Source: a virus
Lineage: Duplodnaviria; Caudoviricetes
Strand: one strand, 5' to 3'
DNA: 64,000 nucleotides
Virus record (IMG/VR): IMGVR_UViG_3300037722_000240
Span: 1-64,000 of that record
The position numbers were made by a program, and so were the translations under genes. Under the pieces are notes generated by a model. It was not told the origin of the DNA, made no database searches, and was given only the letters and a program-made list of their open reading frames with translations. Shown here one piece after another: positions 1-9,516 of the stretch. The stretch's first letter is position 1, and each line of letters begins with the position of its first letter.

Positions 1-69
1 GATGGTAGTAGAGCATTTCAGATACTAAACTCGGAGGACTAGGAAAGTATAATCAATATTAAAAAGAAA

Positions 70-279
70 ATGGGAGAAGAGAAAATGACAGTTAGCCATC
101 CAAGTATATTTCATAATCAAGAAAAGAAGTATAAGGTACGCAAGGCAGAGACAGCAGTAGGGCTAATCAGTTGTCCAAACTGTGGTAAAGAATTTAGCGC
201 CCATGATAAACTTAATACAGGAGCAACCGTATTCCGTTCTCATTCAGATGTACCACTAGAGGGAAAAACATGGGACTAA
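70..279 (+). CDS. hypothetical small Zn-ribbon protein
   Basis: 69-aa ORF with CPNCG motif; overlaps the next ORF. Confidence 0.55.
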   Translation: MGEEKMTVSHPSIFHNQEKKYKVRKAETAVGLISCPNCGKEFSAHDKLNTGATVFRSHSDVPLEGKTWD

Positions 280-512
280 GACTAACAATCCTAATCTCTA
301 TAGCATCGCTGTTACTCATGGGGTGTTCATCGGGGCCTGTAATAAATAACAATGTTAATGCTATGGGTATTTCAGATGACAATGGTGTAATAATATCCTG
401 TAGTAGTTTAGATTTTTCAGGTGCTTTATGTAGAACGCGTTATCAAGATGGTTTGGAATGTGTATTTTATGATGGATATAATAAAGGGGGATTAGATTGT
501 AATTGGCCCTAA
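270..512 (+). CDS. small lipoprotein
   Basis: Hydrophobic N-terminus ending in lipobox LLMG-C; GAGG RBS upstream; C-terminal C..FYDGYNKGGLDCNW. Confidence 0.7.
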   Translation: MGLRLTILISIASLLLMGCSSGPVINNNVNAMGISDDNGVIISCSSLDFSGALCRTRYQDGLECVFYDGYNKGGLDCNWP

Positions 513-576
513 ATTTGAAATTTGTTAGTAGTGTATTTTTATCATTTTGCCGCTTTGTTCACAATTCTATATTTCG

Positions 577-600
577 TAATTTCTCTGGAACGCCTGTTAC
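577..600 (+). promoter_or_regulatory. TAATT-N14-GTTAC motif, copy 1
   Basis: TAATT 577-581, 14-nt spacer, GTTAC 596-600; same spacing as 8 other intergenic copies. Confidence 0.6.
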
Positions 601-653
601 TCAGATTTGAACGAAGTATAAACTAATGTTTATATAGATATAATATGTACCCC

Positions 654-686
654 AAAGCTCGGCATGGTTCCGAGCTTTTTGTTTTT
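654..686 (+). terminator. intrinsic terminator
   Basis: Stem AAAGCTCGG/CCGAGCTTT, 7-nt loop, followed by TTGTTTTT. Confidence 0.65.
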
Positions 687-864
687 GTACCTGATGGTAC
701 ATATATCGTGGTACCCAAAACATGATGATAACGGGACCATTAAAGGGAGTACGTGTTGTTAGGTGCTGGTGCTTATACTGCTTTAGTATGGGAACCAAAA
801 CTTGGTATTTTTCAGTAGATGGTGCAATAATGAAAGAATCGGGCCAAGTGGTAGTTGATTAATC

Positions 865-892
865 TTGACAAGGTGGTATGATTGTATAGATT
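865..892 (+). promoter_or_regulatory. sigma70-type promoter candidate for the amidoligase operon
   Basis: TTGACA 865-870, 16-nt spacer, TAGATT 887-892; followed by hairpin GATTCAGCT/AGCTGAATC (889-918); AAGGAGGT RBS before 1000. Confidence 0.45.
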
Positions 893-999
893 CAGCTTGC
901 CTCTTCGGGAGCTGAATCTTCACTTATTAAGTAATAGACTAACGTGGATTTTTATTAATATGAAAATTTATAAAATTTATTATCCTTAAAGGAGGTAAG

Positions 1000-2508
1000 A
1001 TGAAAAGAGGGTTTGAAATTATTGATTCTGTAGGTATAGAATTAGAGTTTTCTAATATTAATAGAGAAGATACTAAATTTTTAACGGATATGAAAAAGTT
1101 TCTTCCTGGATTTCAAGTTAAGCATGATGCTTCTTGTGAAAGCAAAGTACTAACTTTTGCTGGACAAGAAGTTGAGGCTAATGCTAAGACTCTAAAACAA
1201 ATGGCACCTTATTTTCTTAATACAGTAATTGGTGGAGAAGTAGCATCCCCAGTGATTGATTCATGTTCTCCAGAATGGGTAGATAATATTTTTTCTCTTT
1301 GTGAATTACTAAGACAACACGGAGAATTGGAAGATACTGTAAGAGATAGTTTCCACGTTCATGTTAATATCTCCGAACAAGCCCCTCTATTTGTTTTGAA
1401 AAATCTTCTAAAACTTTCAGCCGCATATGAAGCAGTAATGTTTAGACTTGGAGGAATGGGTCGAAATAATAGAGGAGAAGAAAATTTCTTCTGTTATCAA
1501 AGGCCTTATCTTGGAAATGGACCTCCAGTAGTTATGATTGGTAAAGAAAATTATCCTATTCTATGTTACGAGGATTTGATGCAAAGTAAGGACAAAGAAG
1601 AGTTTTTTGGAAGATATGGGGATTCATATTATCATTTTGACCATAGAGCAAGATATGTAACACAGAGATATATGGTAACAAATTTTTACTCAATATTAAG
1701 TATGGGCTCTTTTGAATTTCGTACAGCTAATAAAACACTTAATCCTAGATATATTATTGCATGGACTAACTTTTGTAAGGCTTTTGTACAAAAAGCTTGG
1801 GTAGGTCCATCTTTGTTAGATGAAATTACTTTTGAAATGCCTCTCTATAAAGGCAATGTAATAAGTATGGATGAATTTTTGAACGCCTTGAAATTTTTAC
1901 CTTTATTAGAGCCTTCAACTATTGATATTTTATTAGAAATTTGGGAATCCAGTCCTACACCAAGATTTGATAACAAATGGAGGTATACTCATCTTAGAGA
2001 CCCAACAAAATTTTCAACTATAATGTATGCGCCACATACAATAAGTGGTAAAATAGAAAAACCAGTTTTTGAGGATATTCATAATCAAGTTCCTGAAATA
2101 AGAGTTCCTGTAGAAGAATTAGGTATAGGAATTGAATGGGATGCACCAGTTGTTAATATTAACAATGAGAATCAAAGAGAAGTTATTCAAGATAGACTTT
2201 GGAATGTATCTTTTAATGGCGGCAATCAATTTTATGATATTAGAGGTCTTATGGACTTTGCAGTTATTGATAATCATATAATGTATGGCCCTATAAGTTA
2301 TAATGATATAATTTTTTATATAGAAATGCGGCTTAGAGTTAATGATGCTGGACGAGTTTTCTTATATTCTTGGCAACATCGGGATAATATTGATGTGGAA
2401 GGTCAATTTGAAATGTTTGGTATGCATATTAATTTTCCCGATGCTTATAATAGAGTAACAGATTACATACAGGACGTTTGGCCCGAATTTTACGAGGAAA
2501 ACATGTAA
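1000..2508 (+). CDS. putative amidoligase (glutamine-synthetase/GCS-like COOH-NH2 ligase, Amidoligase_2-type)
   Basis: Motifs VGIELEF, HDASC, GGEVASPV, SFHVHVN, FEFRT; strong RBS. Confidence 0.8.
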   Translation: MKRGFEIIDSVGIELEFSNINREDTKFLTDMKKFLPGFQVKHDASCESKVLTFAGQEVEANAKTLKQMAPYFLNTVIGGEVASPVIDSCSPEWVDNIFSLCELLRQHGELEDTVRDSFHVHVNISEQAPLFVLKNLLKLSAAYEAVMFRLGGMGRNNRGEENFFCYQRPYLGNGPPVVMIGKENYPILCYEDLMQSKDKEEFFGRYGDSYYHFDHRARYVTQRYMVTNFYSILSMGSFEFRTANKTLNPRYIIAWTNFCKAFVQKAWVGPSLLDEITFEMPLYKGNVISMDEFLNALKFLPLLEPSTIDILLEIWESSPTPRFDNKWRYTHLRDPTKFSTIMYAPHTISGKIEKPVFEDIHNQVPEIRVPVEELGIGIEWDAPVVNINNENQREVIQDRLWNVSFNGGNQFYDIRGLMDFAVIDNHIMYGPISYNDIIFYIEMRLRVNDAGRVFLYSWQHRDNIDVEGQFEMFGMHINFPDAYNRVTDYIQDVWPEFYEENM

Positions 2509-3786
2509 ATGTGCCAACTAACAATGTTCGATACATCAACTGAGACAAAATTAACCAGACACTTAGTTAGACCATTAACTGAAATGAATATTCTTGGAAT
2601 TAATGCGAGTGCCAATCATGATGGTTTTGGATATATGTTATTTGAGAATCCTGGAGAAATTTTTAAAGATGGGGTTTCGGCTACACATTATTGGACTAAA
2701 GAATTTTCTAAATTTTATAAAAAATATGAAAATCCTAATGGTATATATCATGTAAGAGCAGCAAGTGGATTTGGAGTAAATAAAGTTGTAAAAGATGAAA
2801 ATGCCCATCCATTTAAGCATGGAAATATTGTAGTTGCTCATAATGGAACTCTTAGAGAGAAAGAGGATTATTTTCTTTCAGACAGGGAACTTGATATTTC
2901 AAACTTATATAATAATTTGTGGATTGATAGTGAGCGGTTTTGTTTTGCCCTTAATGAAATTTGTGGAGATGATTTACTAGAAGCAAAACATATTGAACAA
3001 GCCTATGATATGTTTACTGATATATTTGCCTTTTTAATCTATGATATTAGACAGCCTGAAAAGGTATTTATAGTTAGAGGTAAAACAAAGCAATTACATT
3101 GTCTAACTGTTTACAGTGGTAAGAAAAGAATTGGTATGATAATTAATACAGGTCAATGGGAATTACTATATTTAGCAAAAATGATAAAATATACTCTTGG
3201 TGAATATTTGAATATAAATAAATTGTCTGTAGGAGTTGCAATATTAGAAGAAGAGGGTATTTATGAATATACCATTGGTAGTTATAATATAGGAAAGCCT
3301 GTACGTAGGATTAAAGAAACTTCTTCTACTGATTTTAAGAAACCCGTTGCTGATGTACAACCTTCTTGGAAAAAGTCTAGCTTTCAACCAGAATTTAATG
3401 ATATAAATACTCCTACCCACAATAAACAAACTATTCAAGCTTATTGTCTCATTGCTGAGCTTTGTCATGAAATGAACTTATCTCTTAAGGAGATTTGGAT
3501 ACTATCCGAAATATTCAATGGTAAGAATATATGCTTATATAATCTACAGGAAATGGAGGATTTTCTAGAATTATTGAAAGAAATAGATAACGATGCTACT
3601 TATGCAGGAAAAATGAAGGAATGGGCTAATCTAAAAGAAGAATTTAAAATGAGTGCTTTAGAGTTTTATAAACAAACTGATATTCATTTTCCTTATTTAT
3701 TGGCATCTAGAAAGGATATTAAATCTGTTGGAGTTAAAATTAGAAAACTAATTAAAAACGCCAAAAAGGAGGAAAACAAAAAGTGA
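2509..3786 (+). CDS. class II (Ntn) glutamine amidotransferase
   Basis: N-terminal M-C nucleophile; HDGFG, HVRAAS, NAHPF, HNGTL, DSE motifs. Confidence 0.85.
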   Translation: MCQLTMFDTSTETKLTRHLVRPLTEMNILGINASANHDGFGYMLFENPGEIFKDGVSATHYWTKEFSKFYKKYENPNGIYHVRAASGFGVNKVVKDENAHPFKHGNIVVAHNGTLREKEDYFLSDRELDISNLYNNLWIDSERFCFALNEICGDDLLEAKHIEQAYDMFTDIFAFLIYDIRQPEKVFIVRGKTKQLHCLTVYSGKKRIGMIINTGQWELLYLAKMIKYTLGEYLNINKLSVGVAILEEEGIYEYTIGSYNIGKPVRRIKETSSTDFKKPVADVQPSWKKSSFQPEFNDINTPTHNKQTIQAYCLIAELCHEMNLSLKEIWILSEIFNGKNICLYNLQEMEDFLELLKEIDNDATYAGKMKEWANLKEEFKMSALEFYKQTDIHFPYLLASRKDIKSVGVKIRKLIKNAKKEENKK

Positions 3787-4541
3787 AATATTTGCTCTAT
3801 AATCCTAAATCCTATATTACTGCTAGAGCTTTAGCTTCTCAATTAGGTTTAAGATATCATAAAAATTCAGAAAGAGTTGCAGATTTAGGAGGATATCCTG
3901 TAATTAGATACGGAAATTCTATGGGAACATTTCGTAGAGATACAGACTTAAATGCCCCCAATGTAATTAAAATGTGCTCGGATTCTTTGAAATTTTGTAG
4001 ATGGGCTAAGGATAATGATGTTTTTACACCATTTTATGAGAAAATATTTTCACAGACTCTTCCTGAGTTTCCTTTTCTTCTAAGAAAAAGGTGGCACAGA
4101 GCGGGAAGAGATATTATAATAATTCATAATGAATTAGATATGAAACATGCTTGGAGTAAATTTGGACAACAAGAAATTCTTACAAGGTATTCTGTACCAC
4201 TTTATAGAACAACGTATGAACTTAGAGTTCATGTAGTTTTAGATAATATTCCTAGAATATTTGTAAAACAAAGAACCGCAGATGTAGCGGATGGAGATAT
4301 TATTAGAACTTCCCCTAGAGGTTGGCACTATTCTATTAGAGAAAGTTTAGGCTATAAATATGAAAAAGCTCAGGCTCTAGCACTAAATATAGCTAAAAAG
4401 ATTGGACTCAAATTTGGTGGAATTGATATGGCATGGTGTCCAGACTATAAACAATATATTATTTGGGAAATTAATACAGCGCCAGGACTTTCTTTAAATA
4501 GTTTAGCTATTTATGCCGATGCATTGAGACCCTATGTTTGA
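3783..4541 (+). CDS. ATP-grasp ligase (RimK/phiEco32-like)
   Basis: YELRVHVV, FGGIDMAW, IWEINTAPGL motifs; GTG start coupled to upstream stop. Confidence 0.85.
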   Translation: MKYLLYNPKSYITARALASQLGLRYHKNSERVADLGGYPVIRYGNSMGTFRRDTDLNAPNVIKMCSDSLKFCRWAKDNDVFTPFYEKIFSQTLPEFPFLLRKRWHRAGRDIIIIHNELDMKHAWSKFGQQEILTRYSVPLYRTTYELRVHVVLDNIPRIFVKQRTADVADGDIIRTSPRGWHYSIRESLGYKYEKAQALALNIAKKIGLKFGGIDMAWCPDYKQYIIWEINTAPGLSLNSLAIYADALRPYV

Positions 4542-5355
4542 ACTTTTTATAGGACAACGCCAAATAGTTAGAGAATTAGATGCTATTGCTGCGGGATTAA
4601 AGAATAAAAGAGATGGTATAAATATTCTATTAAGAGGCCCTGCTGGTTGTGGTAAAACAACTTTATCCAGAATATTCTGCTATGAACTAGCAGGTAGAAA
4701 CTTTAGTTACCAAATCCCCAAGGATAATTTAAGATTACCATACGGACTTGACGGATTAAGAGCACACATTATAGATGAAATTCATATGGCAAAAGATTTT
4801 GAAAATTTTTATCCTGTTATGGATGCAGGAAACAAAGTGATAATATTTTGTACAACCGAGGCTGGAGTTCTTCCTGACCCTTTCACAAGCAGGTGTATAA
4901 CTCTTTCTTTTGCAGAATACAGTATGCAGGATATTTGCACAATTATAGTAAATTATGGAAAAGACCTAAGTTTTCCAATAACAGAAGGAACTGCTAAATT
5001 AATTTCAGAGCGTTCTAGAGGAAATCCCAGAGTTGCGAAAAATTATTTGAAAAGAGTTAAGTTTTTAATTGATAGAGGTTATCATAACAAAACTATTCCA
5101 GGAATTATAGCCGCTTTTGAAGAAATTGGAATCTTTAAAGGAGGTTATACAGATTTGGATATGAGATATTTGAAATTTCTGTCAAGAATAGGAAGAGCAA
5201 GTTTGCAAACAATTTCTAGAAGTTTGGGTATAGATATAGAAACACTTAAAAATGATATTGAACCATTTCTTATGGATAAAGGCCATATATCAATTACAAG
5301 TCGAGGACGTAATTTTATTGACTGGAGAAATGGAGAGTTAAGAAATGAGCAGTAG
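4534..5355 (+). CDS. ruvB: RuvB-like AAA+ ATPase (Holliday-junction branch-migration motor homologue)
   Basis: FIGQ, Walker A GPAGCGKTT, Walker B IIDEIH, TTEAG..F.SR, SRGNPRVA, C-terminal winged-helix EPFL...G.I..TSRGR, all matching RuvB hallmarks. Confidence 0.85.
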   Translation: MFELFIGQRQIVRELDAIAAGLKNKRDGINILLRGPAGCGKTTLSRIFCYELAGRNFSYQIPKDNLRLPYGLDGLRAHIIDEIHMAKDFENFYPVMDAGNKVIIFCTTEAGVLPDPFTSRCITLSFAEYSMQDICTIIVNYGKDLSFPITEGTAKLISERSRGNPRVAKNYLKRVKFLIDRGYHNKTIPGIIAAFEEIGIFKGGYTDLDMRYLKFLSRIGRASLQTISRSLGIDIETLKNDIEPFLMDKGHISITSRGRNFIDWRNGELRNEQ

Positions 5356-6670
5356 TTTCGGTATAGATGATATTAGTATAATAACTTTTGCTGGAGAGGA
5401 AGCAGCTTCTAGAGAAATAACATCAAATCTTGATGGTATAGAAACTTGGGGGACTCCCCATATGTTTAAAGGTAAACTCTCTATGATTCTTTTACATCAA
5501 TATAACGACAGAATGATGTTGACTGTAAATTCAAAATTTGCGGACGATTCTTTAGGAGGAAGAGGCCCTGATATTCAAGAAGAACTAAAAAGAATAGTGG
5601 TAGATGCCGTTATTGACTTTGAAACAAGAAGAAACTTTATTCCCAAAATTTTAATTTTAGCGGATGATTTTACTCCATTATTTTATGCAAAAGAGAAGAA
5701 TCAAAAATTCTACCTTGATATAGATGAATCAGACCTCAAAAATTATAACTTTGAACCCATAACTATTTCAGCACTTAAAAGTCTAATAGATTCTTGTAAT
5801 ACCACTGCTTTAGTATGGTGTGTAGGAAATGTTGTTATGAAAAATTTCATTAGTTGGCCCTCCAATATCTTAGGTGCATTAGTTTTAGATGCCTATTGTG
5901 ATAAAGCAATTCCTCTATCTTCTGTCAGAGGTAAAGTGCTTACTGAAATTACTAGAGACGGTTTTGGATTTTTGGTTTCCTATTTGTGGAGATTTCTTTA
6001 TCCAGATAAGAGTTTAAATCATGACCAAATTAGTCTTATATATGAACAATTTAGAAAATCAACAGGTGGCTCTAAAAATGCTTTACCACATATTCCTTTA
6101 ACTTGGAATGATGAGGACATTGAGGGTATTAATATCACAAGAATTAAGAGAGATATTGAAGTATTTACATCTAATAAAGGTAAAAACGTAGATATAGGTA
6201 CATCTAAAGAAATTGTAAAAGTCCATAATCCCGTTTTTGATAACGAGGAATTAAATACAGCTCTTGATATGATTAATGATGGACTTAGAAAAAGCATGAA
6301 AAAGAGTATTACAAAAGATACTGGCAGACCTAGCTATAATCTTTCTGAAATAGTATCACAGTCTGCTACAGAGAATCAAATATATTTAAATGATGAAACC
6401 TATAATCAAGTTCACGATGTAAAGATTGATTGTGATATTGAAGTTTCCAGTTGTATATTACTAAAACAAAATATAGCTGTTGGTCAGCTTGTTTATGGAG
6501 TATTAGAGATAATAGTTCCTGCGGGTATTATAGCAGAGGAGGAAAGAGAAAATATTGAAAAACAATTAGGAGAATCAAAGGGCATTCCTTTGATAATTTT
6601 TGAAGAAAAAGATACGGAATCTATAGCTAAACACTTTGCAGAAATTCTAGAAGAGCAGGAGGAAGAATAA
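5345..6670 (+). CDS. hypothetical protein (441 aa) coupled to the RuvB-like gene
   Basis: Long ORF with GGAG RBS, overlapping the upstream gene; no family recognised. Confidence 0.8.
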   Translation: MSSSFGIDDISIITFAGEEAASREITSNLDGIETWGTPHMFKGKLSMILLHQYNDRMMLTVNSKFADDSLGGRGPDIQEELKRIVVDAVIDFETRRNFIPKILILADDFTPLFYAKEKNQKFYLDIDESDLKNYNFEPITISALKSLIDSCNTTALVWCVGNVVMKNFISWPSNILGALVLDAYCDKAIPLSSVRGKVLTEITRDGFGFLVSYLWRFLYPDKSLNHDQISLIYEQFRKSTGGSKNALPHIPLTWNDEDIEGINITRIKRDIEVFTSNKGKNVDIGTSKEIVKVHNPVFDNEELNTALDMINDGLRKSMKKSITKDTGRPSYNLSEIVSQSATENQIYLNDETYNQVHDVKIDCDIEVSSCILLKQNIAVGQLVYGVLEIIVPAGIIAEEERENIEKQLGESKGIPLIIFEEKDTESIAKHFAEILEEQEEE

Positions 6671-7083
6671 TGGAAAATATGCCTAAAATCTTATGTCCAC
6701 ATTGTGATAGAAATTTATCTTTCAAAATTATATTTGAAAATATTTATGGAAAAGTAAAACTAACAAGTAGAGAAAATACTATTAATATAGGATTATCTGG
6801 ATTGGTTATGCAAAATAGTAAAATAATTCCCACTAGTTTATTTTGTAAATACTGTAATAAGGATATAGAGACTTCAAAAATTATTATATTTAATGCTAAA
6901 AATAAAACGTCGGAATCTGCTATTGATGATTATATGGTTCTTAAGGTTAGCAAGGAGGGTAATAGGGCACAATATTTACTTTACAATAAACATGATGAAA
7001 AACTTGAAAAATTACTCCATGATTACAAAGTATATGAATATTCTGTAGAACAGCTTCCTTTGTTATTGAATGTTCAAGGGTAA
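6670..7083 (+). CDS. hypothetical Zn-finger protein
   Basis: CPHC...CKYC pair; start overlaps upstream stop. Confidence 0.7.
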   Translation: MENMPKILCPHCDRNLSFKIIFENIYGKVKLTSRENTINIGLSGLVMQNSKIIPTSLFCKYCNKDIETSKIIIFNAKNKTSESAIDDYMVLKVSKEGNRAQYLLYNKHDEKLEKLLHDYKVYEYSVEQLPLLLNVQG

Positions 7084-8080
7084 AAAAATGTCCACTATAA
7101 CTTTTGGAACTGACCCAGAAGTATTTATTTATAGAGATACTAAGAAATATGGTTCTAGAAATATTCCTGTTCCTATCATTATTCCACCAGCCGCACTAGT
7201 AGATGATTATGGCGCAGAAATTCATGAAGAAGATAATAAAAAGGTTCTTGTAAAAGACCGCGATTTTCAATGGTCAGAAGATGGTGCAGCAATTGAAGCC
7301 CAAATTCTTCCATCAGATACTTCTTATAGCTTTAATAATAAATTTGCAAGTTCTTTGTCGAGTCTTTCATCTTACATTCGTAATTTGAATCCAGAACTAA
7401 AAGTTTCTACTCTTCCTTTGGGATATTTTGATACAAATATTTATTGGAAGAAAAGAGATGAAAATTTTAGACAGTGTGTTATATTTGGATGTGACCCTGA
7501 CCAATCTCCAGATATTTATAGAGAAATTGGCTTAGAATCTTGGGATAATTATGGAGAAGAATTAGACGTTAGTTCACATACTTTTAGATATGCTGGCGGA
7601 CATCTTCATATACAAAGTCCAGAAAACAATCCAGAACTTTATTTTCCTATATGGGATATGGCATCAATAATTTTTGACACTATAATTGGTTTGACTAATA
7701 CATCACTTGAAAGAACTGCTGACATAAAGGAATTAGAATTAGCTAGACTTAAGTATTATGGAAAACCAGGAAGAATCAGATTGCAAGATTATGGACATGG
7801 AAAAATGGGAATCGAGTATAGAGTTATGTCTAATTATTGGCTTACTGGTTTAAGAAGTAATATTAATACTATTCTATCTTCGGCAAAAATAGCTGTTAGT
7901 ATTATAGAGGAGGGTCAATCAGAGGCATTTGTGAATCAAATTTATCAGCGAATTCCAGAAATTTATCAAACTATCATAGCATTGGATGAATCTTCTGCAA
8001 AACAAATTCTTGAAGAAGAACTTTCAAAAGCACTAGAAAATGGGTATTTAAATTTGACTAGTTTTTATGACGGGAGTTAG
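7070..8080 (+). CDS. phiEco32-like COOH-NH2 ligase type 2 (likely start ATG 7088)
   Basis: TFGTDPEVF, DGAAIE, FGCDPD, RYAGGHLHI, YGKPG.IR..YG, GIEYRVMSNYWL. Confidence 0.9.
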   Translation: MFKGKKMSTITFGTDPEVFIYRDTKKYGSRNIPVPIIIPPAALVDDYGAEIHEEDNKKVLVKDRDFQWSEDGAAIEAQILPSDTSYSFNNKFASSLSSLSSYIRNLNPELKVSTLPLGYFDTNIYWKKRDENFRQCVIFGCDPDQSPDIYREIGLESWDNYGEELDVSSHTFRYAGGHLHIQSPENNPELYFPIWDMASIIFDTIIGLTNTSLERTADIKELELARLKYYGKPGRIRLQDYGHGKMGIEYRVMSNYWLTGLRSNINTILSSAKIAVSIIEEGQSEAFVNQIYQRIPEIYQTIIALDESSAKQILEEELSKALENGYLNLTSFYDGS

Positions 8081-8082
8081 GA

Positions 8083-8868
8083 ATGGTGGCAAAAATAAGC
8101 AATAAAAACTTGATTAATAAATTGAGTAGTTTTATACAGTATAAAAATAAAAAATCTAAAAATCAATATTCATGCCAAAGCGTTATTTATGGAACTGTAT
8201 CTGAAACAGAATCAAATACTAATATAAGTACATCAATTTGTTTTGCATCAATTCATGCTAAACTAGAAAAATTTAATAAGAATACAAATTTTTATTACGT
8301 TATAACTCATGTTCCAGAACTATTTAATATGAGTAGTTTAATAAAAGAATTAAATACACTATTTGAATACTATATTGAAATTAGAAAAATAAACTCAGGC
8401 CAACCTAATAGCCTGATATTGGAGGTTTGTAATATTAAGGGTTTTGAAAATAATGTAATTAAACATTGTACACTTATATTACTATCAGTTATTATTAGAG
8501 CAATGGATGAAGAGGGTGCCCGAATGATTCTTAGTAATAGAAAGGGTAAGAAAACACCTAAAATAAAAAACATTACTGAACTTCTTAAAGAATTTATTCC
8601 CGCATCTAATATGGGGCATAATGTAAATGATGCTATTTCGTATATTTATAGAACACGTAATAAATCTTTATTCAACTCTGCTATTAAAAGATATTTAATG
8701 ACTATTAGTGCAATATGTGGGGTTGAAAGAAATAATAAACTAAAAATCAAAGAGCCTATTAAGGAGTTTATGAAAGGCTATAGAGCAAGATTTACATTTA
8801 TTAGACAGACTACTAGTTATAAAATTCTAGAACATATTTATAATACATCACAAAAGGAGAAAGCATAA
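8083..8868 (+). CDS. hypothetical protein, paralogue of 9513-10244
   Basis: Shares CFAS and L(S/A)(V/S)IIR(A/T)MD motifs with 9513-10244. Confidence 0.75.
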   Translation: MVAKISNKNLINKLSSFIQYKNKKSKNQYSCQSVIYGTVSETESNTNISTSICFASIHAKLEKFNKNTNFYYVITHVPELFNMSSLIKELNTLFEYYIEIRKINSGQPNSLILEVCNIKGFENNVIKHCTLILLSVIIRAMDEEGARMILSNRKGKKTPKIKNITELLKEFIPASNMGHNVNDAISYIYRTRNKSLFNSAIKRYLMTISAICGVERNNKLKIKEPIKEFMKGYRARFTFIRQTTSYKILEHIYNTSQKEKA

Positions 8869-9516
8869 ATGAATGTTGGAGTTTCAACACAGGGAATGTT
8901 TGACCACAATATGTGGCAAAGACTTATTAGAACTGTATTTCATGATACTTCAATAAATGTATTTCAGCTAAAACACGACAGTCCTTTGAAAGAATTTGAA
9001 CATTTAAATTTCTTTATTTTTGATGGGGGTGCTGATGTTCACCCTAGACTGTATGGAGAAATTAAAGAAGATAGAACTTTTGTAAATGAATATAGGGATT
9101 TTGTTGAAATTAACACCTATGCAACAATGGAGGCACTATTTCCTGATATTAATTTTGTAGGAATTTGTAGGGGGCATCAATTTTTAAATGTGATGCGGGG
9201 TGGAACTTTATTCCAGGATTTAGGTAAAATTAATAAACCCCACCCAGCACTTCATAGTGTTAATATTGTTAATAAAGAATCTTTACTTTATAAATATGTT
9301 AATGCTCCAAAAATGTGGGTTAATTCTGCCCACCATCAGGCTATCAAAGTTCTTGGAGAAGGATTAATATCTACAATGGTTGATTCTAAACATAATATTA
9401 TTGAAGGCATTGAGGGGGATAAAATTAGAGCAGTACAAAGTCACCCTGAAATGTGGACAAGAGATTATTCACACGTTAATGAAGTTCTTAGTTATCTATT
9501 CAGGAGGAACGAATGA
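8869..9516 (+). CDS. class I glutamine amidotransferase-like / peptidase C26 (gamma-glutamyl hydrolase family)
   Basis: DGGADVHP..YGE, GICRGHQ.LNV..GGTL, VNSAHHQAI, VQSHPE (Cys-His-Glu triad). Confidence 0.9.
   Translation: MNVGVSTQGMFDHNMWQRLIRTVFHDTSINVFQLKHDSPLKEFEHLNFFIFDGGADVHPRLYGEIKEDRTFVNEYRDFVEINTYATMEALFPDINFVGICRGHQFLNVMRGGTLFQDLGKINKPHPALHSVNIVNKESLLYKYVNAPKMWVNSAHHQAIKVLGEGLISTMVDSKHNIIEGIEGDKIRAVQSHPEMWTRDYSHVNEVLSYLFRRNE

Noticed and set aside
601-798. 65-aa minus-strand ORF
   Set aside because: Lies across a terminator and regulatory repeats, opposite to the local gene orientation, with no RBS
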